Assembly (NCBI GenBank): GCA_052426225.1
Contig: JBNJNM010000016.1
Span: forward strand, 14,117 to 78,116
Reading direction: 5' to 3'
Source: Zancudomyces culisetae HAW-14-8
Taxonomy: Eukaryota; Fungi; Kickxellomycota
Length of the DNA stretch: 64,000 nt
The notes beneath the pieces were generated by a model that saw only the letters and a list, made by a program, of their open reading frames with translations, did no database searches and had not been told where the DNA came from. Of the stretch, positions 62,970 to 64,000 are shown piece by piece; position 1 is the first letter of the stretch, and every line of letters begins with the position of its first letter. The position numbers were made by a program, and so were the translations under genes.

Positions 62970-64000
62970 AGCATGGCTTGTCAGGGTACTTAGCATGGAA
63001 TTGTTTTATCAGTTTGGTAGCGTGGACATCAGTGAATCTTCCTAAGTACGATCTTCAGGACCATAGCCATCCCAATCAATCAGATACTTGAGTTTTCCCT
63101 TAACTATCTTTGAGTCTAGTATTTGACGAACTAAATACTCTTCTTGGTTGTTTACTATTAGTGGAGGGGGCTGAGGCTGTGATCTTAAAGTCTGAATTGA
63201 TTCTTGAACTGGTTTAAGCAGTGATACATGGAAGACAGGATGAATCTTCATGGAAGGTGGCAGTGATAATCTTGCTGTAACAGGGTTGATCATTTCTGTG
63301 ATAGTGTACGGCCCGCTATATTTGTAGTCTAACTTAGTTGATGGTCTTTGGCTTTGAATGTTTGTCTGTGATAGCCATACTTTAACTCCTGTTCTAAAAT
63401 CACTCGTATCACTTCTATTCTTGTCAGCATGTTTTTTGTAGCTTACTTTAGCTTTGGTTAATTGGATCTGTAGATTGTCTTGTATCATTTTTAGATGTTT
63501 TACAAATTCTTGGGCGCTTGGGACATTTGAAACTGTAGTTGTGTCAAGGTATAATTCGGGGTCATAACCATAGTTAGCTCGGAATGGGCTTATTCCTGTA
63601 TATGCATGGATCGCATTGTTATATGCGAATTCGGCCAGTGGCAGTAATTGAGACCAATCGTCTTGTTGGAAGTTAGTAAAACAACGATGGTATTGCTCCA
63701 ATACTTGATTCACCCTTTCCGTCTGACCGTCCAATTGAGGGTGGTATGCCGATGACAGATGAGACTTGATGTTTAGAAGTCGAAGTAGTTCCTTCCAAAA
63801 CTTTGAAATAAACTGTGATCCTCGATCAGAGATAATACTTTTGGGCATTCCGTGAAGCTTGAAGATGTGATCTATGAATTTAGTGGCTGTCTCAATAGCT
63901 GTGGGTATAGCGCGGAGAGGAATAAAATGTGCCATTTTCGTTAGGCGGTCAACAACTACAAAAATGACTGTATGGTTCATTGATTTAGGCAGTTCAACTA
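62970..64000 (-). mobile_element. Ty3/Gypsy (Tf2-like chromovirus) pol C-terminus: integrase core, GPY/F motif and chromodomain; degenerate
   Basis: VVVDRLTKMAHF, ISDRGSQF, GQTERVNQ, GPY, HPVFHVSLLK, YLIDWDGYGPEDRT* (TGG->TAG), then frameshifted DVHATKLIKQFHAKYPDKP. Confidence 0.95.

Overview
Eukaryotic (fungal) genomic DNA with spliceosomal introns and a single-chain fungal FAS. Gene content and AT richness suggest an early-diverging fungus, possibly Harpellales/Kickxellomycotina insect-gut fungi (inference only). The window has two compartments. (1) ~1-42.4 kb is gene-dense and mostly housekeeping: eIF3i, ADCK1/ABC1 kinase, two peroxisomal thiolases, GatC, Ydj1, Utp6, BAP31/Yet, Rcl1, Sec9, a secreted trypsin and a 12-kb fused FAS. 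(2) ~42.5-64 kb is AT-rich and holds only small or repetitive secreted-protein genes (some disrupted), two LTR families, and a chromoviral Ty3/Gypsy element nested in a Tc1 transposon. Main findings: the FAS ORF is uninterrupted, but its ketosynthase (Cys->Tyr, His->Tyr) and acetyltransferase (GHSQG->GFGCG) sites are destroyed while ER, DH, MPT, ACP, KR and PPT motifs remain. Four ~750-810 bp LTR-like elements each carry a conserved ~70-codon ORF running out through their 3' end. Neighbouring Tyr/Gly-rich and Pro/Thr/Lys/Cys-repeat secreted proteins could form an adhesive or wall system.
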